From contig NW_003314269.1 of assembly GCF_000143415.4 (NCBI RefSeq), positions 3,457,887-3,505,960 of the forward strand: a stretch of DNA of 48,074 bases, given 5' to 3'. Positions 36,891-48,074 of this stretch are shown piece after piece. The notes under the pieces are model-generated. The model had not been told where the DNA came from, did not search any database, and saw only the letters and a program-made list of their open reading frames with translations. Each line of letters begins with the position of its first letter. Positions within the stretch are counted from its first letter, which is position 1. Origin of the DNA: Selaginella moellendorffii. Its lineage: Eukaryota; Plantae; Lycopodiophyta. The position numbers and the translations under genes were made by a program.

Positions 36891-38071
36891 TGTAAACAAC
36901 TTAATCTACTAGTTTATAATAGTTGTCTAAATCTTCCCGACGGGGTTGATTTCTTGCTCAGGGGCAGTTGGGCCTTTGGCCTTCTCCCTATGTCCCTGTG
37001 GGCAGGGATGTTCATTCCTTTGTAAGCCGAGTGGTACTCGGAGCAGCAAGGGTGGCTAACTTCGTTAGTCATTTCCTTGTTAGCGACGGCCAGAGGGTGT
37101 CTGAGTCTTAACGTCTTTGGACGTAGAGGAGAGGTCGTTCCATAATTCATTTAAGTCGGTGTATTTCCCACATAGTGTGCTTTCCATTAACTTTCGAAGT
37201 TGTTTCCTTGACGGTTTGCTAGACTCGGGTATGCATCGACGAGGATGTCGATCTTCCCCAAGGGGGGGGAGAGTGTCGTGAATGTGACTTCGGGTATCGA
37301 AAGATACTTGTCGATTAGTCCTTATGGACACTCTTTCCTTACTGCCATGACGGTAGAAGGTCAGTACAGTTGGTTCCCTTTATTGTTCCCACTTGAGCTA
37401 GTTGAGAAACTGGTCAATGACCGTGTACTTAAATCGGTATTGAGACTAGTCCCTCAATATCGCTGAATGATAGCTTACCGTGTCTACCAAACACCCTCAC
37501 TATCATGCCCTTAGTGTTGGTCTCATTTCAGTCCCATATGCTATTTATGAAAAGTGTCTAGATTCGCATATCTACGGAATGTAGAGATCGGCCTGAACAC
37601 AATGGTGTTCGTCCCGTGTCCAAATTCACAATCTAAGGACATTCCATATTTAGTAAGTTTCGAACTTGTCCAAGAGACTAACTCCTGGTACTAAGGGAGG
37701 CTTGGGGTGAAAGCCCAAAGCATGTGTCCCTCAAGGGGGGGGCTATGGGGGGTTTTAAATATATAGTAGGGATAGTGGTTGGAATGTATGTTCGACCACT
37801 TGAGACATTAGTTCGGCTCCTGCTGGGCTGTGTCGCTCCTTGTTTTGCGTCCGGCTTGGGTCTAAGCCTAAGCTCCATGCTGCTCTAGTCGGTGGAGTAC
37901 CCTCCTCCTTGTGTTAGGCCACCGGTATGCCAAAATTGTGCCAGACTCCGTTTGACACCATTTTTGCGTGTAGGTGCTGGATACGGGGAGCTGGTGCTCA
38001 TGGGATTGTACCGGACCCTCGTTTGTAGTGCAACGGGCTTGGAGTTTGGCTCCAAATTCAGGTGCATTACA
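36891..38071 (+). repeat. Single long (~1.18 kb) native LTR of the chromovirus, followed by a second PBS
   Basis: TGTAA...TTACA termini, preceded by AAAAGGG. Contains the GGGGTGAAAGCCCAAAGC...TATAGTAGGGATAGTG block shared with LTRs 22011/24327. Followed by TTTGGTATCAAAG. Confidence 0.7.
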
Positions 38072-38086
38072 TTTGGTATCAAAGAG

Positions 38087-38732
38087 TGTAGCGCATGTGA
38101 TCATGGGATGAGATTTGGATATACTGTCACTGTGGATCCTTGGAACCTTGGGGGATAAATGGGGATAAAATAGCCATTAAGGGCTTTCTCATCAAGCAAT
38201 TGCCCTTTTTCCAGTTGGCTTAAGGGGAGAGAGATAAGATGCGCTACAGTTGGTATTGGAGCAAATAGCACGGGTTCGATTCCCATTGATTAATGGCTAC
38301 TTAAAAATATAATATACCCTTGAGCAAGGTATATTCCTACCCCTAAATTTGAAATTGTACGTATTGGGCATCCATGCGTACGTCCTTCCTCTTGTGTGGA
38401 GTATCCACGGACGAAGGTATCCACCGTGGGACTGTAGTACGGGTGGATGACTAGTTGCTTCACATGGAATAACTGATTTACACAATGGAAGGATTGGTAG
38501 ATTGAGTGCAGAAATGGAGGTGTTGGTTCCCCTTGGCTCAGTAAGGGTTGTTAGTCAATAGTCAATGAAGACATTGACATCTCTGAAGGGAGGGTGAGTA
38601 TAGTGCATGTGATCATGGGATGAGATTTGGATATGGTGTCACCATGGATCTTTGGAACATTGGGGGATAAATGAGGATAAAATAGCCACTAAGGGCTCTC
38701 TCATCAAGCAATTGCCCCTTTTCCAATTGACA
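38087..38732 (+). mobile_element. TRIM (162-bp LTR, 350-bp non-coding interior, 134-bp LTR)
   Basis: TGTAGCGCA...TGCGCTACA LTR, PBS-like TGGTATTGGAGC, PPT GAAGGGAGGGTGAG at ~38585-38598. Confidence 0.82.
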
Positions 38733-40483
38733 TATCCCTTGACTTTATTAAGTTATATAACTTTTGGACTTTGTTAATCCAATATCCTGTAAGGCTTAGC
38801 CTCATAATTACTTTTGAGGTGCCACCACACGTGAATACGACTTCTTGTTTTCACATCCTATTCATAAAGACCATCTTTGCAAATGTTACTCTAACACTTG
38901 ATTATCTTTTGTTCCACATAGGTTACTTTTGCCACTTAAAACCATCTTTTCATATGATGAGAACATTGATTCATCCTTTGAGTGTACCCTCTTAACACCT
39001 TAGGTTGTTCCAGTTGTTATTAAAGGTAGCTCCAATTATCATTTCAAGAACATTTGTTCTCATCCATATTTAACCTCTTACAATCATTAACTCTAGACTT
39101 AATTCATGAACACCATCCTCAACTATATAAGAATAATTTTGCAACTCCTTTATTGTTTAGGAGTCTTTATCCTTTTTGTGATCCCAACTATAGTTATTTA
39201 CCACAACTACATTAGTTAATTTGCTAAATCAAATGTTTATATAAATCACATCCTTAACTCTTTGAGAAAAATCTTTTATTATTCATAAAATCCCAAAGTC
39301 ATTCCTTATTGGCCCCTTTTTATCCACTATATTGCATATATGTTCATATATGAATTAAAGTGGAGAGTCATACTATCTCAACATGCTACTCCTTGAGGAT
39401 AAGCCCACTCTTGGGATGTTTTGATGCCAATACAAATGGTGATATGCTTAACCACTAATAAAAATTGGACTAAGGAAGAACTTTAACACCAAATTATAAG
39501 CAACAAAATTTCCATTTTACTTTAGTCACTTAACTATATATTTAACCACTTGGAGACGTCTCACTCATAATGTCCATAAGTTTTATTCCCAACTTAGGGG
39601 CATGCTAACCCCATGAATAACATCTATACCACTTAATCTTTGCATTTGACCCAAATGCTCTATGTGTCCAATCCTACTACAAATATTTAAAAGTACCACT
39701 AATATATCAACCCGTTATGCTAAGGCTATGTTCATTCACCTTTGTCTCATTGATAATCCAAGACCACCCATACCACAAACCCATTTTCTAAAGACTATGT
39801 CATTCGCTTATGAGTGGCTATCCCCTAACCACACCTTTACACCATTAGGATGCTTGAAGATATAAGGAATACCCTTCCCTAATGTCCCTTCTTTAGTCCC
39901 CACTAAGTCCCTCTCTATCTACGGTCATACTCACCAACATTGCTATTAAATTAGGGTTTGAAGGCTTGACCACTAAATCCCATTAACCTCTCAGATTTCC
40001 TTACCCTGTGATCATATCTTTGGTCACTACATAAAATGGCTACTCCTCTTTCTTTCCATAGTTTAGGATTTTAAGATAATCTTTCGAAACACCATAGCCT
40101 TATGTGAGCCTTGCATGTATTCTCCCTAGCTTCCACTGTTAAATGCCCTAGCCATGTGGCTAAAGCAAAGTTCTAATAAGCCATACCAAATATCCAAATA
40201 GGTAGCACCACCCACACTTGAATTAGGAGTATTGACCATTCAATCTCGTAGGGGAGCTAGAACCAACTTGTAAACACTTCACCAAGTTACCTCACTTGTT
40301 TGTCTGTGTTCACTTTAGCCTTGGACTCTTTAGTGGTTATATCATTACCCACTATATAGGTATAGCTTTCCTTGGTCATATTAGCCTTTCCTGGCCAAAC
40401 TAGCTCCATTGGAGTCCTCCCCTTACTATCCTTTTGGAGCTCACTAAACCCTAGAGTTTAGGCTTTCACCCTCGGACTTGTTT

Positions 40484-40640
40484 TGTTTGATGGGATAATC
40501 TACTATCATGTGTATTTTATGTTGCAAAATGTCTGTCTTGCCAATGTCCCTATTACCTATGCTAAAGACATGGTAGTATCGTAGCAATAATTCATTAAGC
40601 TCCCTTTCTAGCTCTACCTTGGCCAAGCATAGGCCCAAAC
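40484..40640 (-). pseudogene. Fragment of the pre-RT region of another Ty3/gypsy pol
   Basis: LNELLLRYYHVFSIGNRDIGKTDILQHKIHMIVDYPIKQ resembles LL..Y.DVF...DIG.T.LI.H.I....PI.Q. Confidence 0.6.
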
Positions 40641-41049
40641 GTAGCTGTTCCTTGAGCTACTGTAAGAAGGTTGCATCATGTTGTAAGTGCTTCAGTCTCA
40701 TAGTGCTGTCACCAAACTTAGTTGTTGAAATGCATATTTCTCTTGACTTAGATAGTTCGATGCTTGAGAGGTCACAAACATCATGTACCTTAGCAATTGA
40801 TAATACTAGTTTGCGATGCAATATGGCCAAGGGATCTTGTTTATATATTTGTACTATATATGGGAGTACATTGGCCACCAAGACTTGGATTTTTTGGAAT
40901 GTTGCATCATCCAATATGCCACTAGCCGCAAATAATCCTTGTCTCCTAACCTTATCATATCTTCATATAATTAAGGGTAGTGCTCATGAATTTGATACTA
41001 GAGTTTATGACCATAAGAGGTCAAATATGAATGAGGATATATGTCCTTG

Positions 41050-44000
41050 AAATGGTAGTTGGGGTTACCTTAATAAAGGTCGAAACAACCCAAGGAATTG
41101 GGGGGTGTATTTAAAGGATGAGTTGGTGTTCTCATTATGTAGAAATATAGTTCTAAAGGGCAAAAGTAACTCATGTAGAATAAAGGATAATTAAGTGTTA
41201 GGGTAACATTTGTAAAGATGATCCTTGTGAATAGGATATGAATACGAAAAGTCATATTCAAGTGTGGTGACGCCTCAAAAGTAGCCAAGAGGCTAGGACT
41301 TTATAAAATGTCAGATTAACAAAGTCCAAAAGTTGGATAATTTAGTAGAGTCAAGGGATGGTCCCAAAGGAGTGGTGGAATCCTATTTGGATGGAGGTGA
41401 AGGACTAAGAGGATTATTATATTCAAATATAATAACAGTGGGTATTTCATTAATGGCAAAACACACCATATTAAAGTCGTGAAAAGGTGTTCACAAAAGA
41501 AGGCAACTTTACCAAAGACCAATAATTGGTATAAAAAACTATTGCTTTAGTCATGGCAAAAACTAAACATATGTGGAAAGTGTCTTAAGGGTAGGCTCGT
41601 GGAACTAATAGGGTGGAGACCCCAAATGTCTCAAAAAATAATGTCTTAAGGTCAAGTTATTGGGTTTATGGGAGCCTCTTACTAAAGGAATCCAAATGGA
41701 AATTGGATTGGCATAGCCTAAGCTGGAATGCATGTAACTTAAGTGCGTTAAACTAAATAATGATGAAGGTGTGGAAGCACCAGCAATGAGTTGTAAGACT
41801 TAACAATTATGAAAAAAGTAAATAAAAGATGTAATATAATTGATTGGATTAGTGGAATTTAACTTTTTAACACTTCTTATTGGGATAAAAAGGTTAGATA
41901 TATCTTTTGGAGGATAAATTACTTATGTTGTGATATAATGAATCAATATCATAGAATGAAATGCTCATTGTTAAAAAAGCTTATCATTGAAATACTTAAA
42001 CACTTTAAAACACTAAAATATAGTGTTTGGTCTCATAAGGGCATTAAATAAGGCTCAAGGGACTAAGTCCCTAGAGAATAATGGATAGAAGGTGTTATCA
42101 AATGTCCAAGGTTGTGGAAAGTTAAAGATTGGAGAAGTTCATTTATCTGAATTGGACTAAGCCAAAAAAGATTTTAACAAGGCTAGTGATAAACATAGAA
42201 AGGCCTATAAGTAGCAATATTAATCCTGATGTGTGGGATTACAAAGTGAGTATATCCAAATTAAGGAACCACTCTTTATGCTATCAGATAGGTTCATCCC
42301 TCTAAGAATATTTGCTAAAGCATGGTAGAAAGTGCAAAGTTATCCTCCTAGTCTAAAGGAAAATAACTCAAAGGAATGTATAAGGCCAAAAGCAAGCTAT
42401 TAAAAGATAAAACCAAACCATAGACTTTGAAGGGCATAGCCAAAAGTGGTTATGCAAGTTAGGAGTGGGGAATCAAGTGCGTGCTTGAATGTGTTGCTAC
42501 TAGCAATTAAAGTGCTATGAAGAGTCTAAAGTATGGAATTATCCATGTTAGACTATATGGCAATTAAGAAGCTTACGAAAAGGAAAACCTTAGTAAGATA
42601 AGTGATAAAGTCTCTTTGATATACTCAAAGATAATTTTAAGTAGGTTAGTATTTAGAAAGACAAATGTAAATGGTTCATAAGAATATTTAAAATTAAAAT
42701 GGCACAACAAAAGCTTATTATGAGGCAAGGCTATCAAGGTTGGAGAAATATTTTTCAAGTGTTCAAAAAGATGGCTTTGAACAAAAGTCAATGTTTAAGG
42801 ACTTTTATGCATATGTATAAAACTATGCTACGTTGGTAAAATGACTTGTTAAGTAGTGTTAACTTCAAAAAGGGTGGCCTATGAGGCCAAGCATGGAAAA
42901 TTCCATATATAATCACAAATTGAATAATTAATTTGTCAAGTGAGAAGACTTGAATGCTTAGAGGAATTATATTTCTAAGCTGTGATCCGTAGTACACTTT
43001 GGGTATAAATTGGTGCACCAGCATGGGGAGTCACGTTAAACATCCTAGGTGATGCCATCTGTAGATGCATATATAGAACTTAGGTTTGAATCCCAACCCT
43101 TTAGTGCTTAGGTTCGAGTTCTAACTCACTAGAGCAAGGTGATGGTTTGGAATATGAGGATACTTATTTTTCGGTAGTCATGGACTCTTAGTAAGGAGGT
43201 TGGATTGGGCACACTGCCAAGCGGGGAATGCTCCAAAGTCATGATGCACAATTAGATTACTTAATGTGAAAGCTTGGTATATCTAACTTGAACACTTTTA
43301 CATAAGTGGTACTAAAGACGTGGTGAATGAAATAGGGACATTCAATCTTAATTACTATTGACCCTTGGCTAAAAGGGCTAGCTTGGGTGCACTACCAAGT
43401 GTGGGGATGTGTAAGCAACCAAAGGGAACGACTTGAGAGACGATCCATGGGGCTCAAATATAGAGGGAAAGGGCCCATGAACAAGAGTGCACCCCCTTTT
43501 CCAATTGGTTAAGGGTCTTGGGATACTTGGAGTTAAGCGTCCTTGGGTTTGAATAGTACTGGGCTGGGTGACCTCTCGGGAAGTCCAAACTCAGGAGCTT
43601 ACAGGATGCCCCCAAGGTTGTGGTCAACAACTTAAAGATCATATTTAATACTTATTGGTAAACCTATTAAATTGTCTATATGGGATTATTAGGTGAATCT
43701 ATGGTTGATAGTCAAGGACAAGCTCTTTGGTGGTTTAAGGAATGATGTTCTTAGTTTAAATTAGTGATTTAAATAAATGGTATAGTGTGATTTGGTTAAG
43801 GTGACTAAGTGGGAAGGACACATAAAATATATGAACTATGATAATGTGATGGTATAATGAGTTCAAGAAAGTAGTATCTAATAAAGACCTATAGGAGGGT
43901 CACAAAATTAAGCTATAGATAGAGCCTATTGTAAAAAATGCTAAAGAAACTTACTAGGGGTGAACACCTTATGGACTTGGCAAAGCAAAACCTTTGCTAT

Positions 44001-44500
44001 AGAATCGAAAAAATACCTCAAAGATGGAAGTAATGATTTCAAATTGCGTGGTGTAACAATCAAAGGATAAGAACAAAAGACTAATAGCCAAAAATGGGCT
44101 TTAGAAATCATTAGAAGGGATCCAAATGACAATTTATGCAAAGAATATCTATATGGTGGATGCTAACAGATTGTAAGAAAGGAAATATATTTATAAAGAT
44201 GGATTTCCCAAATGCTTCAATGTGGTGGAGGCAAAAGCTCCAAGAGATGAAGCAACAAAATAACCAAATAATAAAGCAATAGACAACCTTAGCACAAATG
44301 ATGGATAAATAAAACTTAATGTTTAAAGTGGTATGAAGTAAAAGAGAAAATGATGATGCCCTCAATTGAAAGATTTCCTAAGATGGGGAAGTGAAGTTTG
44401 CATAACATGTGCAATTCAAAATGTCAGAGGTATCAAAGAAATTGACTTGAGAAGTCAATATCATAGTTCTAAAGTATGATGGTTATGTTGATAGAGGTTA
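41050..44500 (+). mobile_element. Old LTR-derived repeat, copy B
   Basis: Reverse-complement similarity to 29700-31560, 38733-39030 and 46000-47480. Confidence 0.65.
43410..43603 (+). mobile_element. Solo LTR (194 bp) with a 5S rRNA-derived segment (Cassandra-like), TSD GGATG
   Basis: TGTAAGC...GCTTACA termini. GGATG at 43405-43409 and 43604-43608. 43531-43586 AGTTAAGCGTCCTTGGGTTTGAATAGTACTGGGCTGGGTGACCTCTCGGGAAGTCC matches the plant 5S box A to box C region. Confidence 0.88.
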
Positions 44501-45059
44501 GGATTACTTGGGAATGAGTAATGGAATTGAGATAAAGACCGAAACTGACACCGAAACCAAGAATAAAACCAAGTGAAACACAGCAGATTAACCATGCATT
44601 CAAGCATTTTTTTGACAGTTAAGATTACAACTTTGACACTCAAGGTTACAATCTTGATAGTTAGAACTTAGGAAGAAGTGGCAATTGCCACCATATAGTA
44701 GTTAAAGGGGAAAGTTAGCACTTGACCTCTATCTCTATCTTTATTGAACTGTAGCTTAACACCAATGCACATCTATTTGCTCAAAACTCAGAGTATTCTA
44801 GTGATATCAAGCCTATCTTTACTCACAACTATTCGCATAAGTGTTCTTGGGGATTGAAGGTCTCAAGTTAGTTTCTAATTGATTCATGTATTTAGTAGCA
44901 TATTCTAGGGTGAGAAACATAGTCCCAACTCAAGAATAATGACACCAAAAGCCCTCTAGCACTTTGCAATCACAATAGCAAACTATTACAACTAGTTCTT
45001 CACTAAATTCTCTCTTGCACCTACAACAACTATATCATCTATCAAGTTTTCACTAGGCC

Positions 45060-45395
45060 AGAGATTGAGTCTGAATCTAAGTCCAAGGGTGAAAGCCCAA
45101 AGCAATTGTCTCATAGACCCTAGGGGGTTCAATGAGCTCTAAAAGGATAATAGGGAAAGAACTCCAATGGAGCCAATTTGGCTAGGAAAGGCTAATATGA
45201 CTAAGGAAGGCTATACCTATGTAGTGGGTTATGATATAACCATTAAGGAGTCAAAGGCTAGAGTGAACATCAACAAATAAGTGGGGTAATTTAGTAAAGT
45301 GTTCAAGAGTTAGCTTTACTGGTAGCAACCAAAAAGAATGATCTATAAAGATCTATAAGGGGTCAAATATAAAGGGAAAGAGCTTATGAATAAAG
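45060..45395 (+). repeat. LTR remnant, followed by a degraded 5' piece of the 5S-LTR family (~45320-45395)
   Basis: GGGGTGAAAGCCCAAAGC block. AGCAACCAAAAAGAA...GGGGTCAAATATAAAGGGAAAGAGCTTATGAA resembles 43414-43482. Confidence 0.55.
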
Positions 45396-45418
45396 GATAT
45401 TAATTTGATTTATTATAA

Positions 45419-45825
45419 NNNNNNNNNNNNNNNNNNNNNNNNNNNNNNNNNNNNNNNNNNNNNNNNNNNNNNNNNNNNNNNNNNNNNNNNNNNNNNNNNN
45501 NNNNNNNNNNNNNNNNNNNNNNNNNNNNNNNNNNNNNNNNNNNNNNNNNNNNNNNNNNNNNNNNNNNNNNNNNNNNNNNNNNNNNNNNNNNNNNNNNNNN
45601 NNNNNNNNNNNNNNNNNNNNNNNNNNNNNNNNNNNNNNNNNNNNNNNNNNNNNNNNNNNNNNNNNNNNNNNNNNNNNNNNNNNNNNNNNNNNNNNNNNNN
45701 NNNNNNNNNNNNNNNNNNNNNNNNNNNNNNNNNNNNNNNNNNNNNNNNNNNNNNNNNNNNNNNNNNNNNNNNNNNNNNNNNNNNNNNNNNNNNNNNNNNN
45801 NNNNNNNNNNNNNNNNNNNNNNNNN
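45419..45825. other. Assembly gap (N run)
   Basis: 407 N. Confidence 1.
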
Positions 45826-45989
45826 AAAAGCGGGCTCAGGAAGACTGAAGACGGCAAGCCGGAAACCATTCCTCTCACGTTTGATTTTGTAACAACTTTG
45901 ATTGTTGCACAAGGCAACATAAAATCACTACTTCCATCCTTGAAGTATTCTTTTGGTTTCATAGCAAAGACTTTAGTTTATTAAGTTTA

Positions 45990-48074
45990 GGGGGTGTCAC
46001 CTCTAGTAAGTCTCCCTAACATTTTCTATTATAGGCTCTACCCACAACCTAATATTACAACCTTTCTATGGGTTTTTTCTTAAAGGTTATTTTCTTGGAC
46101 TCACAATACTATTACATTATCATAGCTTATTTCCCTTAGGTTTCTTTCCTATTTGATCACCTTGATCAAGTTACACTATAGTATTTGTTCAAATCACTAC
46201 TTTGAACTAGAAACACCATTCTTTAACCCACCAAGGAGCTTTGTCCTTGATTATCAACCATGGAATCACCTAATGATCCCATATAAGCAACTTAATGGGT
46301 TTACCAATAGACATTAAATATATCAAATCTCTAAGTTGTTGATCAAGACCCCAGAGGCATCCCCCACACTTGGTGTTGTGCTCAAGCTAGCCCTTTTGAC
46401 CAAAGGTCCATAGCAATTGAGATTGGGTGTTCCCATCTCATTTACCATATCCTCGATATCACTTGCACCAGAGTAGGTTAGATATGTTGAAATTTCACAC
46501 TAAACACTCTAACCTTGTATTATGGCTTCGAGGCATCCCTATTTAGCAATATGCCCAACCAACCTCCTTATTAAGAGTTTATGACCACCAAAAATGAGTG
46601 TCCTCATATTCTAAATCATCCCCATGTTATAGTAAGTTGGGACTCGAACCCAAGAATTAGAGGGTTGAGACTCAAACCTAACTTTCGTAGATGCATCTGT
46701 AGATGGCATTGCCCAGAATGCCTAGTGTGACTCCCCATACTGGTACACCAACTTAATCCAACGTGCGCTACAAATCACTATTTAGGAATTTAGTTCTTTT
46801 GAGTTTCCAAATCTTCTCATTTAACAAGTTAATTGACTTGCCTGTGATTATGCATGGACTCCCTCATGCTTGGCCCGATGGGCCACCCTTTTGAAGTCGT
46901 CAGCTTTACTAGGGTCTTCATTCCTCCAACTTATCAATCCCACTTAACAAGTCACCCAACTAGCATAATATAATTTTTTGCATAAGCATGAAAGTCCTTA
47001 AATATCAAAGACATTTATTTGAACCCATAAGAACTACCTCCCCTTGATAGCATCACCGTATGACAAGTTTTAAGACCACGCTTCTATTGTACCACTTTAA
47101 TTTTGTGCAATCCCATGAACCATTTACTTGTCTTTCTAGGTATCAACCTACATAGAATTATCTTTTTGAATATCGAAGGGACTTTATTCTTTAACTTGCT
47201 AAGGCCCTTCCTTTCGTAAGCTTTTTAATGGCTATATAGTCTAATATAAACAATTTCATATTTTAAATTCTCTATGGTAGCACAGTTGCCAATAGTAACA
47301 CTTTTAAGCACCTACTTGATTCTCCACTCCCAACTTGTATAAAAACTTTTGGCTATGCCTTTCGATTTTTATGATTTAATTTTATCCCTTGACTTTATTA
47401 AGTCATTTAACCTTTATACTTTGTTAATCTAATATCTCGCAAGGTCCTAGCCTCATGGCTACTTTTGTGGTGCCACCACAGATGTATCCTCATTCGTATT
47501 TGACTTTTCATGGTCATTAACTTTATATTCAAATTTATAAACATCATTCTTAACCATATGAGGATTATTTTGTGACTCCTTTATTATCTTGGAGTCTCTA
47601 TCCTTCTTGTGATCCTAACTATAGTTGTTTATGACAACTACATTAAACAATTTGTTAAATTAAACATTTATATAGATCACATTTTCAACTCTTTGAGGAA
47701 ATTTTTTTATTGTTCCCAAGATTCAAAGTCATTCCTTTATTAGCCCCTTTCTATCCACTATATTGCATACATATTCACATATGAATTAAAGTAGAGAGTT
47801 ATGCCATCTTGACATGTTACACTTCAAGGATAAACCGGCTTCTAGAACCTTCAAATACCAATACAAGTGGTGATATATTTAACCACTAATAAAAGTCAAA
47901 CTAAAGAATAATTCTAATACCAAATTGTAAGCCACTAAATTTTTCATTCTATTTTAGTCATTTACCCATATATTCAACCACTTGGAGGTGTCTCACTCAC
48001 AACGTCCATAAATCTTATTCTCAACTTAGGGGCATGCTAGCCCTGTGAATGGCATATATAACACTTAGTCTTTA
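45990..48074 (-). mobile_element. Old LTR-derived repeat, copy C (runs off the window)
   Basis: Colinear with 30180-31592 joined to 38733-39640. Confidence 0.7.

Larger units (their letters stand above)
31593..38732 (+). mobile_element. Composite LTR element (TRIM LTR + chromovirus body + long LTR + TRIM) flanked by TSD TATCC
   Basis: TATCC at 31588-31592 and 38733-38737. Short LTRs 31593-31754, 38087-38248, 38599-38732. PBS TGGTATCAGAG at 31757. Confidence 0.85.
29000..40480 (-). mobile_element. Old degenerate LTR-derived repeat, copy A, split by the 31593-38732 insertion
   Basis: Homologous to 41050-44500 (+) and 45990-48074 (-). Sequence on either side of the insertion is contiguous at ~47365-47420. 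LTR-like remnants at ~29020-29200 and ~40240-40480. Confidence 0.65.

Noticed and set aside
43531-43586. Functional 5S rRNA gene
   Set aside because: Only the internal ~56 nt are present, embedded in an LTR.
45845-45885. Hammerhead-like core CTGAAGA-CGGCAAGCCG-GAAAC
   Set aside because: Stems I and III cannot be formed convincingly, and it lies in probably low-quality sequence beside the gap.
45384-45962. ORFs spanning the N run
   Set aside because: Artefacts of the assembly gap.

Overview
Eukaryotic plant nuclear DNA. Very short introns, a flagellar-type gene, a DYW relic and chromoviruses suggest a lycophyte such as Selaginella (inference). 3.4-8.1 kb is a compact block of three apparently intact spliced genes: a DUF506 gene, a 10-exon ODF3/SHIPPO-like PGP-repeat gene, and RPS9. 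8.2-19.5 kb is a ~5.5-5.7 kb tandem duplication of [non-autonomous Helitron carrying polygalacturonase fragments + 3' part of a ubinuclein gene + PRISE/VEP1 gene]; PRISE copy 2 is frameshifted. From 20 kb on it is nested transposon sequence: a third Helitron copy, an internally deleted chromovirus with TSD, DYW and Lhcb pseudogenes, a TSD-flanked TRIM/chromovirus chimera, three copies of an old LTR-derived repeat, a 5S-rRNA-containing (Cassandra-like) solo LTR, and a gap. Most striking: the integrase of the TSD-flanked chromovirus at 22011-25445 is interrupted by two apparent GT-AG spliceosomal introns (47 and 52 nt) that split its conserved motifs exactly. All alignments and gene models were made by eye.
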